Origin: a virus
Taxonomy: Duplodnaviria > Caudoviricetes
DNA length: 64,000 nt
Reading direction: 5' to 3' (one strand)
IMG/VR virus record: IMGVR_UViG_3300021400_000138
Coordinates: 121,391-185,390 of that record
Position numbers and translations under genes: made by a program. Positions 13,201 to 26,562 of the stretch are shown piece by piece (within the stretch, counting starts at the first letter, position 1; the number at the start of each line of letters is the position of its first letter). The notes under the pieces were generated by a model. That model worked only from the letters and a program-made list of their open reading frames with translations. It was not told the origin of the DNA and made no database searches.

Positions 13201-16200
13201 TAGCAGATAACTCCTGGATTGTTTTCATATTTTCAATGAGTTGATCATTGATTTTATTATATTCTGTGGCGTTATCTCCAACAATTTGTCTCTGTTGTAA
13301 AAGATATTCATTTTGCTGCTCAATAACACTGATTTGTTGCTCCGCATTATTTCGTAAATCTGTAAGATCATTCTTAGAATAATATTCTCGATCCGCTGTC
13401 TTTTGATTTCTATAAATTTCAAGTTGAGATTGCTGCCGTTTTAATGCATCAAGTGAACGATTTAGTCCTTCTAATTCAAGACCACCATTAAGCATCTCAA
13501 CATATTGGAGCGTTTCATCGTTTAATGTTTGCTGTTCTTGGGTTAACTGTGCAATTTTATCTTTGTAGCCATTTGCTGTATCGATATTATTCTCTGTAAT
13601 TTTCCCGAGGTCATTAAGTTTGTTATTATAGTCTTCAATTAATTTATTATTTGCTTCAGATATTTGTCTATTATAATCAATTGCTTCCATATAATCTGAA
13701 GCCTCAGCAGATTGTCCACGATTTTGCGCATTGGAAATTCTGTTTGTAACAACGCTTTTATCGGTATTTAATCCCGCAATTTCAGATTCAAGCTTTGCAA
13801 GTTCTTTTTCGTCCCAGGTTGGCTGAAGGATTACCCGCATTTGTTCGATTTTTTCTTTCCAGGTCTCGAAATTCCAAGTTGCAGAATCTGTTTCCAGTGA
13901 TAACCGCGCAATAATTTCACCAGTTTTGCCCGTAGAATCCGCGTCTATAAGAGCTTGAAGTTGGGACACAACCTAATCTGCATATTGTGCTTGTGCTGTC
14001 TATCCCATAACATCCTGGCCTTTAAATTGACCTATAATAGAAGCACGAATCTTTTGCATGACATCTTCAATACTAGAATCATCTATTTTTACTTCACCAA
14101 TAATGTTATTAAAATATTGACTAGCTAATTCAATTTCTTCTGCGCTTGGTTCTCTTCCAAGACCGTCTTTTACAAGTTTGGAATAATTTTCAGCAAACTT
14201 TTCTGCTTCATCGCCACGCATCTTCAATAAGCCTTCAAGCAAATGATCGAGACTGTCGCTATATTTCATAAGTTGTTCTGGATGAGCACCTACAATATCT
14301 GCAATATTTACAGATTCACCATTGTTTATAGAATCTATATAACCTTGAATTTCTGTATTTAATGCCTTGAAATTATCTATAGTCTTTTTGAGTCCCTAGT
14401 CTGAATCATCTTTAAGAAGAGAAGAGAAGGTTGTATCATTTTTGGGCAGTTCAATTTCTTCTTCGACTTTCTTCTTATATGAATTATAACTACGTATACT
14501 TTCGTCTCCGAGAAGTGCATATGCTTTTTCTACATCGGCGATGTTCCAAGAGGTGATGATTTTCATTTTTTCTTCATCTGTAAATTGATCACCAAATCTT
14601 TCGCCAAGTTGAGCAACAACCGTATTAAGTTTATTTTGATATTCATCAATATTTGCCTGAAGCCCAAAGATATTCATATAATCAGCATATTGATCTCCGA
14701 AGATTTTTTGCATTGTAGTTTCAACCTGGGTTTGATAATCTTGAAGATTCATTTTCGTTGGATCCAATTCAAACATCTTTGATAATTCAGTTTGAGAATC
14801 CTCGCTTAATTGGTCTAATACTCCAATAATATTATCATGAAGATAATTATATAATGCGTCATCGCCCTCGCCAATGTTTGTATAATCTATATTATTAAGA
14901 TTCTGCTTTATATATGATTGTATATTAGAATCTAATTGTCCAAAGGTATATGAGCTATCTAAATAATCTCTGGCAGTTTCCGCTATATTGTGAAGAGTAT
15001 CTTTTTCTTTTGAGTTAAGCGCATTAATCTGTTGATTTACTTCACCAAGTTCTTTTTCATAACCGTCTGCAATTTGTTTTGGAATATTCTCATTCCAAAT
15101 AGAAGCCATATATTCTCGAATAGTATTCGCAACCGTTTGATCTGGTGTTATTTCAGAATCAAATATATCAGCTAACTCTTCATAAAACCTTATAACTACA
15201 TCATTTTCATTTTCAGTTACCATATCCATAAATCCATTATCTTCGAATAATTGTCTCAATGGTTCGAAAGACTCTTTTGATAATCTTACGCTAGTACCAA
15301 CATAGGCGTCCTCTTCAGAAAATGGATTAAGATTATTTAAAATGGAATCTCTTCTTGCGGCAAGTTGGTTCATTTGAATGTTGTACGTTTCCATTTGAGC
15401 AACAAAGCCTTTAAATGCTTTTCCAAGGTTTTCTCCAATTTCAACATTAGCAACATCAAGTGCAGCTTTATGCATTTGGTTGAGTTTATCTGTAGCATCT
15501 TCAACTGTTCCGCCAAGATCTAATATTGCGTTATTTTGCGAATCATATCCCTTTACAAGATATGGATATGTTTTTGCAATCTGATTAGAAAGATCTAAGT
15601 ATCTTTGATATTCGTCATTGGTCAAAGATTCGTTTTCATTTAAACTGGAAACACCAGATCTTAATTTTGTATATTCTTTAGCTATCTCATCAAATTTATC
15701 ATCAAGTTCTTTTTTGTCTGGTTCTTCTACGCCGATCTTTATTAATATATCATCTATTCCTTTTGATTTTTCATTTACGGTATCCATTACTTCTGTTATC
15801 TTTTCTTGTGCCTTTTTGCCTTCTTCAATTGCAATGTTTGTTGCATTTATTAGTTTATATAAACCTGTTATAACTAATTCTATAACTTTCGTTATAGCAT
15901 ACATTGCTATCATATTCAGGCCAGCACCAAGAACATTCTTTAATACTCCACCTGCTTTTGATGCAATTTTTTGGAATGTAGATAATCCATTAGAGGATTG
16001 TTTTAACCAGCTCTAGAATCCAGAGAAAGATTTGTCACTTTGATTTACATCGAGTAAGAATTTCTTCGTAATCTCATCTGCATCGCCTGTTTTTTCTATG
16101 AATTCATTAATTCCATCTAAATCAGATGGATCAAGATTGAGTATTGTATTCTCGTTTACATTGAACCAATCTTCAAAATCACTTGCTTTTGGTTTCTTAA

Positions 16201-19200
16201 AGAAATCTTTAAGTCCAGAGAATAGTCCATTAGACTTTCCGTCTTTTCCAAAATTCAAAACTCCAAGACCAAATATTTGTCCTACGGTTCCAACAATACC
16301 AGAAAGTAGTACCTTGAATGCACCGCCTTTATCTAGTAGTGTTGTAAATGCTCCAACAAGACCTGTCGCTCCATCCAGGAATATTTTTATCCAGTCGCTG
16401 TCAATTGATATTGCGGCGAGTTCCTGGAGGCGATTTTGAAGTTTTGCAAGTTTGCCGTCGATTGATTCGAGGTATTTATCGAGTTCTTGTTGAGCGGAAC
16501 CAGCATAATCATTTTCAGCTGCTTCCTTTACTTGTTCTAATACGTCTCCGTTAAGTAAAATTGAAGAAGCAATATTCATTTTGTTACGTATTAATATACG
16601 AATAGGTCATTTCTGCCTATTTCTGCATTTTCCCTCTTAGATTATATATGCAGATCAGATCATACCTTTACCATATTTTGGTACCCCCATACGTTTAATT
16701 GTTACCTTTTAAACTATGATCGTTACGGGCTTAGTTTTACCCACGGTATTTTCCATCTCTGGAATTCACCGTTTTGAGAGGGTTTAAATATTATATATTT
16801 CTATATAATGGAGCAATATTACTTTTCACTCCTATTTTTTCCACGTTGTATTTACAAGGGCCACAACTCCTTGCGTGTTTATAAACACCTTATACTTTCA
16901 TATAAGACTAGACTATTTCTTCATCTCCACCATTATGTGCTGAGAGTACACCTTTTCGATTTAATGGATTTTCACCAACGCCTTTGTGATTGCGCCCTAC
17001 TCCTATTGACAAAATGTCCACCTCTGTGGGATAGTCGTTGAACCTTTATCCTCGTCTTTACGTTAGAATACTTGGCTGCATGAACAGCGATTTCTCTCCA
17101 AATAGAAGAGTAGTACTTAGGCTTTTAACCATATACCATCCTTACGTTGTTTCTACTTTCGTACCATCATATTGTGATTTCTCCAATATTGTGGTGTAAG
17201 GCTTTACGCATTACCTGCAATTAGATGTAACTTATCATGCATATTTCTATACATGTAGGCCATTATTTAGCCAAAGCTTCTACCAAAGCATTTGCTCGGT
17301 TCTAACCTGTTTGTTTATCAGTTTCTTGTATCTCTTTATACACCTTAGAAATATCTAATAATATGTCATATGTACTTCTAAGATTTCCATTATTGTCTAA
17401 TACAGACACACCTTTAAAATTATTGCTTGCAACAGCAGTATAATCTCTGATCAATTGATCGGTTTTTGACTTTGTACGTACTACGAAATCGTCAATGTCT
17501 TCGCCAAGTTCCGCGATTTCATTCTTGGCTTCTTCTGTCAATCTGTTACTTTCGGTGAGCCACACCTACTGACTATTAATAAATAATAGCGGCTAGTCAT
17601 TTCTGGCTAACTCTCACATTTCATAAATTGTGGAATATATTGTGAGTTCGGACTGTGTATTTACCTTATAAAAAGGAACAACTTAACCTATTATGTTGCC
17701 ACAATAGACATCGCAGTCTCTACGGATTTATATAATATATTATACATATTCATAACGATAACCTTTAATTGTTTTTCTAATACCAGTTACCACTTCATAA
17801 ATTTTAAAAGCAATAGTGCCGTTTTCTTTTGCAGCCTATAGCATATTATCATAGGCCGCCACACTCTTATTATTTAAATCCAATTTTCTAACCGGATAAT
17901 AAAATTTTTCTAATCTATTTTCAGGTATTATATAATCTCCAGATTCATATAAATCTTTTGGTACCCAATAATGTTCATTAGAATAATATCCCTTCGTATA
18001 AATTGCAGAGATTATTCCGCTAATATCAATGGAATTATCTCTCGCAGCATCCGCATATGAACCATATTCTTTTTGATAATTCCGATGCATATCTAACATA
18101 ACTATTGGTCTACGAGTACTTTTAATATAATCATCAGGATAATACAATTTGTTTTCATGAAGAGCATCATATATCCTATGCGCATTTATGCATAATTCGT
18201 CAGCTATTACCTGGACTTTCATTCCAGAATTTAATTTATTCTATATATCTACAAGATTTAGTTTTTTGTTATAATCCATTTTGACCCATGATGGAATCTC
18301 GTTGATATCTGGAAAGAAGTATTGAATATATTTTAAAACCGGAACGCCATCAATCTCGTAGTCATAAAATTCATATCCTCGATTTATCCAGTATTGTTTT
18401 TTAATATTATCTCGAACTTTCTATCTTTTAAATCTATGCCATTGTCCTTGTACTTCAATAGCTATTTTTAACCTATGGTTCACAATATCTGTCGGCATAA
18501 CCTTTCCAGTATTTGGATTAACGCAAGATGGATCTTCTTCTATTGAATCAGGATAATAATGTTTATAAATTTGTTTTAATACAAGAGCATGTAACGATTC
18601 TAAAGTATCATCACAATTAGAACATGAAATTCCTTTATGCTATTCATCGTTTCTTCTTAAATTATATAGTGATTTCTTTATTATTTTACCACATCTTGTA
18701 CATTTAAACTCAAGTATGGAATCTTTGGTAATAATATCTTCTTGATTTGAAATACATTTAAAATTTCCATTAAATCGTATTTCTAAGTATTTATTTATAT
18801 TATAAAGTATGTATGGATTTTTTATTGCAAACCATATGGGATTTTTCTTTTTATCATTATTTATATAATTTTCTGCTTTAACAGATGCGTAATATTGCCC
18901 ATCACTTACTGTTACCAGCTGTTTTACAGATTTAAAATCATGCTCTTTGGTAATTAATATTAATCCAAATTTTTCTAAATTGTTTTTAAGTTTATAATAC
19001 TTTTCCATTTTTTCTCCTTTATAAATTGTTATTTGCATAATATAACTTTCCTCGACTTTGGCATTTCCACTATGCTCTTAGTCGATATAGTTGTTTATAA
19101 AAAATATATTACTATATTTCCGGGCTTCCTTCCTAGACCCGCAATCCTTAAACTAATAGTACGTACCCCTGCACTTGTCTTACTCATATCTTGAGTAATT

Positions 19201-22200
19201 AAATTCCCCGATGTGAGGAGACCCAACGTTTCATCTAAACTATTATTCTGTGTCATTAATACAGCCGCAGCATTCTGAAGACCCTATGCGAGTTCATCAG
19301 TACTGACGGCAAAATTGTTTGATCTGTTACTTTCAGCAATATGCCTACTAACTATCTTACCAAGATAGCGGATAGGACGTTAATCCTATCTCTGCATCTT
19401 TATATATACATGCAGTCCAGACTGTATATTACATCCATAAAGGATGGATAACTTCATAATAGCAATTACTCACTATTACCCGCAGTCGTTACGGTATAAA
19501 TAATAATAATATTATATTATAATCATTTTTACCTCGGTGTTGTCCAATTTAGGATGTTCACCGATATAGTTATCAAGTTGTGCAATATGCACAAAAACCA
19601 ATTTTAATTTTCATTAAAATATAGGCAACATTCACCTACCAAATTGAGTTTGTCTACGATAGAATTTGGATCTATATCTTTATAAGCTTGCGTAGCTGAT
19701 ACAAGCGATTGTGTAGCATCATTTATATTCTCAAATTCAGATACATTTAACAACTTCGTAGAAAGAGCAGCCATTTCTTTTGCTTCAGAGAAAGATTTTC
19801 CTAGCCTTAACCAGTCAGCAGTAGAATCTTGTATGGCTTTTGCAGTCGTTCCTAATTGATCCGCAATATCAAACGAATCAAACTGATACTTCTGTAAACT
19901 GGAAAGCGTCTCGTCACTAACCTTTCGCATTTCAGTCAAAGCTGTATCAAGTTCTCTTACAACAGTTACACCCTGTCTGAAGATGCCAATTACTTGATAA
20001 AAACTAGCAAACGACAACAAGTATCTTCCAAGGTTACCAAAGGATCCCTTCAACTTCTCTGCAAAACTTTTTCCAGTATTTCCAGCATCTGCTGCAGCGG
20101 CAGCGATCTTTTTAAACGTATTTACTAAGTTATCACCCTCAGCCGCACTTATCTATTCGCTACTAGCTAATCTGTCATATATAGGTTTAATCTCTGCTAT
20201 GGCTTGCTTCGCTTTTGAATTATTTGCCATCCATTCAGCCATGGACTTAGCCATATTGGATCGATGATTTTGATCCATCCACTGAAATGCTCCACCTGTA
20301 TTTACGTTTTTAATAGCATTATCTATTTCTTTAAAACCAGCTTTGACTTCGTTTACACTCTGTTGATAATCTCCGTTCCAATCAATAGAATCTATCGTTC
20401 TTTGTAAATTATGATACATTTCTGTTATTCTATTTACTTCATCCGCGTATGCCGCTGGCCTATCACTTTCATCTCCAAGATTATCTACCTATATTCCAAC
20501 GGATTTATAGGTTCTATCCAACGCATCTTGTATAACCTGAGTCTAAATTTCTTTTAATTCCGCATCTAAAGATTCTGCCATATCCTGGCTCATATCCTTA
20601 AATACACCAGTTGATTTTCCTGCGTCATCTACGGCGCCTTGGTATTCCTTGATTTTCTTTCTCGCATCTTCAAAGTATTTAGTATATTTGTTAAGCCATT
20701 CCTATTCGCTAATTGTTACCTTCCCGTTACTTTTCTTTTCGAGGAGTGTATAATATTTGGTTGCCAAAGCTATAAGATTGTTATATCCTTTTTCAACTGT
20801 ATCAAAACCTTCTGGCGTAATATTCGCGGCACGATTTCCTGCATCTGAAATTCTCCCACGTTGTGTTGCCAATTCATCCGCAGTAAATTTTGTAGAACCA
20901 GAACTTACTTTTTCTTCAAGAGTCTATATTGCCTTTTCAGCTTCATCTGCTTTTCTCTTTACATCTGCAAGACGAGTAGTAAGAGACCGTGTAACATTTT
21001 CTCCGTGACTTTGACGTTCTGACAACGCCTCAAGTTTTTCCACGGCAACAATATAATCATCAATCGCTTTTGTCGCATCCTTTATTTCTTTTGTTTCTTG
21101 AGAATCAACCTTTTTAGCTTGTTGTTCAGATTCCCTCTGCGTTTTTCGTTCTGCTCTTTTCCTTTCATTTTCCGCATCTCTATCAGCTTTTCTTTGTGCG
21201 GAATCCGCCTTGTCTTGGTCTTTCTTTTCATCAGATAACTTTCGTTTTCTCTCAATTCTTTCTAATGTATAATCGAGACCATCAAGCGGAGCCAAAGCCC
21301 TTTTTTCTATGTCTTTCGCCATCTTTTCGTTAAATAATGGATTTTCATAAAGGGCATCGGTTAATTCATATATTTTATCAGCTAATTTATCTATTTGATC
21401 AAGATCTCCTTCTAGCATCTTTCCAGCTGCCACATCTTTTTTCAAGTCTATATATTGTTTTACTACTTCAGATAATTCCCGAAGCCTTGCTTCTTTTTCC
21501 TCAATGTTTCTATCTTTAGCTTCTGATTCACGCATACTTTGTTCATACTCTTTTTGATCCGCAGCCATTTGATCAAACACCTTTTTCTACTTTTTCGCCT
21601 GCGCCTCTATATCTTTTTCTGAAGCCTAATTAACATAATATAAATCGGTATTTGTTTTCTATTCTTCTTGATCCAAAAGGGTACTCTCGGCAGCTTTCCT
21701 CGCTCTGTCAAATGCCTACGCTAATTCATCAAGCTATTCCCGTGTTAAATTTGATTTACCAACAAATTGTTCAAGACCAGTTATAGATTCAAATATTTGT
21801 TTTGATAATTTTTCTATAGATTTTGGAGTTTCAGCTTTTGATAATTCATCTATATTATCTTTTACTTTTTTAATATTATCAGCAACGTTGGAATAAAGCG
21901 TATTCGTCTGCGTAACTGTACCATTAGGTCTAAGCGTAACATTTCTTTTTGTACCACCCATATCAGTGATATCAAATGTGTCCGTTATCTTTCCCTCTTT
22001 ATTTATCTCTGATTTTTTTCTTATAGAAATGATATTATTCATCTCTATTCCGATTTTACGCAACTTTTCAATAAGCGCATCATATTCCTTGGAACCAGGC
22101 ATAAATTCCATTTCATCCGATCCAAACATACCACGAATTTCTTCTGCAACCTATTGTACTTTGGCCTGTCTTACTGTATCTACTGTTTTATCTATCTCGG

Positions 22201-25200
22201 CCTGTGGTCTGCTCAATATCTCAGCAAAAGACTTTAATGCATCCTTACTTTCGGAGATTTGCTGGAAAAGATTTCCGAATAATCCCTCCGTACTTGTACT
22301 AGCAAAAGATTTGGTTAAATTCTGTAATTCCGTTTCAAAGCCTTTAATTACCTCTAACTCTTTTTGAATAATACCACTAATGGTTGTAATATCTTGAGTA
22401 AAGGCTTCATTCTTTTTGTTAATGGCATCAGGCACTTTATTAATCAATTCACTTTCAAGCTCTCCAATAATTTGCTTTTCTTGGTCAACAACGTTTCTAA
22501 CAACTTCAACTTCTCCATTGAAAGCCGCATTTTTTGCACTTATAGCTTCTGGAATATCAACTTTCAACTTATTCTCAAGATCAGCAATGCTTAATACTTC
22601 ATCTTTTACATTGTCTGCTGGAACATCCCCGGCTTCGATCTGCAATGATTTTAATCCAAGAACAGATTGAATACCCTGAATAAGCCCATCAAAACTCTCT
22701 GAGAATTTTGTAATGCTTTCAGTTGATCCCTTAAAGAAATCTGTTGTCTAAAGCATTTCACGAAGAGAAGAAATAGAAGTAGTAATATCCTGAATTTGTT
22801 TCAATATAACAGGAATACCAGATTCATCATCTATCATTTTGAACACATTAGAGATTTCTTGAATTTCTTTTAATAAACTTTCAAGACTTCCAAGCAACTC
22901 TTTTATTTGCTATTCGTCAAAAGCAGCAGCAACTGGTTTATCCGAACCGTTTGCAACTTCTTCTTGTGCAGACGCAACTTCTCTAATCGCACCAGCCGCG
23001 CCTTTAGCCGCCGCACCAAGGTTTTCCATATCCTCTGTTTCTGGTTCTATAGAAGTAGTAGGAGTAGATGGTGAGGTTTCAACTGGTTCAGATATTACTT
23101 TTTTCAACTCCTCTTTCTTTTTTTGAATTGCTGCAATATAATCTTCGTAAAACTTAATTGTATCTTCATTTTTAGATCTCTTTCTTGTTGCGCTTGCTTT
23201 CTTTTCTTCCGCTTCTAGGGCATCAATATCCGTATAAGAATCGATTGAAGCCATCTTTTGTTCGCGTTCTAACTCAACCTTAGTTTTCTTTTTGGCGGGA
23301 GCTTCAGTGGCTAATTCTCCAGAAGTAGAAGAGGAGAGTTTGGTCCATTTTTCTGTTACTTCATCAAATGTATATCCAAGTTCTTCGGCCTTTTTATTAA
23401 GTCTTTCTATAGCTTGTTCGAATGGAAGATCTTGAGTTGTTATTGCCGCTTCCAGATCTTCGACGGTGTTTTTTAATTCTTCTGGAGCTTTTGATGCTCG
23501 GGCGTTGAACTTTGTTGATAAATCTTCTGGGGTTTCATTAGATATTTTCTAAATATCCGCCTTAAATTTATTTTTCTGCTATATCAACTAAACAATTTGA
23601 TTTTTTGCTTCTAATTCAGAAATTGCGCCATTGTAATAATCTATAAGCACCTATGCAAATTCTTCTGTTTTATTTTTTAACAATCTAACAGTGGCACCAA
23701 GAGCCTCATTAGATACCATCGACATTTCAGGATTTGATGTTATACTAAGGCCAGGTAAACCATATTGCTCACCATAACTATCACCTAAAACTCCACGATG
23801 CCCAGCAAATCTAAACAAATACTATTCAACTGTCTCTTCCGGATTAGAAATATTATCTACGCTCGCAGAATTATTAGCTAATTTAAACACTTCTTGTAAT
23901 GCTAAACTGAGTTCCTTTGCTGACATGGTGGCTTTATTTAACCCTTCAGAAATCTATTCCCCCATCTATTGACCAGTTTGCCCAGCTTGAACTTCTGACT
24001 CAGAAATAGTTTCTACTTGAGATGGGAGAATAGTAGTACCCGATGAAATCGGATTTTCACCAGATGTTTCGCGTTGTGTATCATTTAACTTCCCAACAGA
24101 ATCTGCTGCGTCATCAGCAGCGGCAGCAATACCTTTTAACTTTTCTTCTGAAGATTCTGGAACAACAACGTTAATAGTCTATATCTTTTCAAAGCTTTCA
24201 ACTAAGCTTTTTGTCTTATCAATCAATGTTTGCATTGCCGTGTTTAGCTATTCAAGATAGGAAATATCTTGATCAGATACGCCAAGTCCTTTTGCAAGAG
24301 TATTTTGTAGTTGCTATAACGCTTGTGCCAACTCACCAACGACACCTGACGCCTCTTTGGCTTCTTCTTCTCCACGCTTATCAATTGATTTTCCTAATAT
24401 TTCAAAGGCTTCCTCTCTTAAAGATTTTCTATTATCTTTATGAGATGCGTTGATATCATTTATTTTTCTGATCTCAGAAGCAATATAAGACATCTCTGTA
24501 CCGGGAGCACGACTGGTTCCTTTACCTGTTAAATATTTGTAAACATCATAATATGGATTTTGTTCTAAATAAGAAGCAATTCTTTTTTGGTTCTATTCTT
24601 TCCATTCCTCAAATGAGCTAAGACCAGAATCCAAATATTCAGAGCTAAATTTTCCCCAAACATCGTCTTCCAACATTTCACTAATAGCTCTCTCCAAATT
24701 CTTCATAAAATCCATTACTGCCTATATTCTTTCTTCTGGGTCTTTATTTTGTTCTATTACAGAAGATCTGCTGAAATATTCAACTATATCTCTTCCTGAC
24801 GTCATCTACCTAAGATAATCTGACGAGGTAAGACCAACGAGAAATTGTTGCGGATCGCCTTCGTCTCCGCCCAATATTCGTTTATAAGCATCGCGGAATA
24901 TAGAAAATATCTTATCATAGGCATCTGTGTATCTCTTTGCTTGCCTCCTCCATACGTCTTCCTCAGCTTTAATCCTTTGTTGAACATCAAGGGAAGTGTC
25001 TTCTCTTAAATTAACGTTAAACTCACTTTTCCCTATCTTTCTTTGCATTGCGCGAAGTCGTTCCCTTACAGACATGGTATCATTTCTAGCCGCGCCAGAA
25101 CTACCATCACCGATTACTCCGATTGATAAAGAAATATTATTTAATATACCAACGACTTCATTAAGTGCATTACTAAATGCTTGAATATTATCAATACTAA

Positions 25201-26545
25201 ATGCGTCATCAATAGAAGAACCGATATTATTCAACTATTGCAATAAATCAGATAATCCACTTTTATCATCAATAGTGTCAAAACTATTCGAAAGTACCTA
25301 AACAGACTCCACTAGTTGCTTTATTAATTCTATAAGAGCCTTTATTTCTTCCGATCCCCATGCATCACCTGGTTCAAAGTTTTGAACTGCCTCATTTAGT
25401 TTATTTTGAATATATTCTACCTTGTCTGCATATTCTTGGTATTCGCGTAGGCGATCTTCCATATTTTCATTACGCAATTTATAATGCTCATCATCACCCG
25501 TATTATATGAATCAACAGCGTGTTCGTCCCAATACTTAGCATCATCTAATGCCTCATCACGAAGCGCCTGAAGTTCTTTTAATGCCTTCTTATATCTTTC
25601 TATCTTTGGAAGATCCTCATCAATTGTAAACGAATAATCATTGACTTCCCAATCATACTCAATTTTATTCTTCCCTTTATATTGTGATTCTGCTTTTTTC
25701 TTTAATTCTTCAATAGATCTATAAGCTTTCTTTTGTCTTTCTGCCGATTCTTCTGTTGCCTTTGCCGCTTTCTCGGATGACTCCGCTGACTTTTCGCCAG
25801 CCTCCTCGGTTTTCTTCCCTGCATCTTCAGCAGCTTTTCCTTCTTCCTTCATAGAATCCGCTGTGTCTCCCGCAGCTTCTGCGGCTTTTGCCCATTCAAT
25901 AGTATTGATTTTCGGGAGTTCTATCTGTGCCTTTTCAAACATTTCAAAGGTAGCACCAGCTTCTTCTCTTAATTCATCAAAATATCCAAAGACTCTTCTA
26001 AGATTTTCAACTCCAAAAGTATTTCCCTTTTCTGGTTGTAGCGCCTCTAATTCTCGCATCCTATCTACAAATTCTTTTAGCTGTGGACTAACTTCTTCAA
26101 GATTGCCACCAAGTGCCTCAAAAGCATTCGCATATCTGAATACTTCAGTTGACGCTGTATTTTTAGGATCAACCATTTGATCTATAGTAAAGTTATTTTC
26201 TTTCTGTATATTGCCAAGTTTATTCCATGATTCAATCAAGGAAGCCTAAGCATTATTTTGTGTTTGATAATATTTTTGTGCGTTTGTAACTCCGCGAATT
26301 GCGCCTGGTTCTGAAAGTTTTCTGGAATAGGCTTCCTCCATTCTTCGTTTAATTTCATTTACCTTTTCTTCATTACTTGGATCAAAGTCTATTTTGATTT
26401 TAATATTCTCTACTTTTTTGCTTGTAGCTCTTATTCCTGCTTCAAGCTCATCCGCTTTTTGTATTATTTTGTCTACTTTTTTCGAAAACTAATCATCATT
26501 CTTAATAATCTCGGCAACATCTATATAACCACTTTTCACACCCAT
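1225..26545 (-). CDS. Giant tail tape measure protein, about 7,473 aa after removing 5 group I introns; TAG=Gln
   Basis: RBS AGGAGGTG, ATG at 26545. Exons 26545-19634, 19319-19137, 17538-17270, 16843-16828, 16576-3582 and 3271-1225 sum to 22,422 nt (7,474 codons). The ORF-track fragments share the expected frame in each exon. TP901-type TMP core (VRELDTALTEMRKV...IVDKLNLVG|NNFAVSTDELA...SLRIAG|TEEAK...LA|GKNRS|NIASSIL). Not every inter-fragment gap was translated by hand. Confidence 0.85.
3272..3581 (-). mobile_element. Group I intron (TMP intron 5), 310 nt, no ORF
   Basis: P1 GCCU|UA/UAGGGC with U.G at the splice site. R element GTTCAACGACTA, S element GATATAGTC, terminal G. Splicing restores ALEGL-TDAESKAQKARLE. 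Confidence 0.9.
16577..16827 (-). mobile_element. Group I intron (TMP intron 4), 251 nt
   Basis: P1 GGAGU|/GCUCC. The AAUAUU guide can pair with the 3' exon (P10). P7 GATCA/TGATC. Ends GTAACAAAATG. Restores GKNRS-NIASSIL. Confidence 0.9.
16844..17269 (-). mobile_element. Group I intron (TMP intron 3), about 426 nt; splice junction ambiguous by 1 nt
   Basis: R element GGTTCAACGACTATC, S element GAAGAAATAGTCTAG, P1 GGCUA/UGGCC. Restores EALA-GKNRS. Confidence 0.85.
17539..19136 (-). mobile_element. Group I intron (TMP intron 2), 1,598 nt, carrying a homing endonuclease gene
   Basis: P1 CGGGU|/GCCCG, P7 GACTG/CAGTC, ends GTAACAGATTG. Restores SLRIAG-TEEAKNE. Confidence 0.9.
17740..19008 (-). 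CDS. Intron-encoded homing endonuclease (Vsr/DUF559/EDxHD-like nuclease with Zn finger and two NUMOD1-like repeats), 422 aa; TAG=Gln
   Basis: RBS AAGGAG, ATG at 19008, TAA at 17740. CxxC..CxxC motif, then PTDIVNHRLKIAIEVQGQWH...RDNIKKQYWINRGY. C-terminal repeats PIVMLDM..YGSYADAARDN and PVRKLDL..YDNML(Q)AAKEN. Confidence 0.8.
19320..19633 (-). mobile_element. Group I intron (TMP intron 1), 314 nt, apparently ending in A
   Basis: P1 UAGGU|/GCCUA, P7 GACTG/CAGTC, ends GTAACAGATCA. Restores LNLVG-NNFAVSTDELA. Confidence 0.85.
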
Positions 26546-26562
26546 TTACTCACCTCCTTATT

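Noticed and set aside
1225-26545. Reading the fragments as many small genes or as a decayed prophage
   Set aside because: Breaks are TAG only, frames are preserved, TAG aligns with Gln, and the frame changes coincide with intact group I introns.
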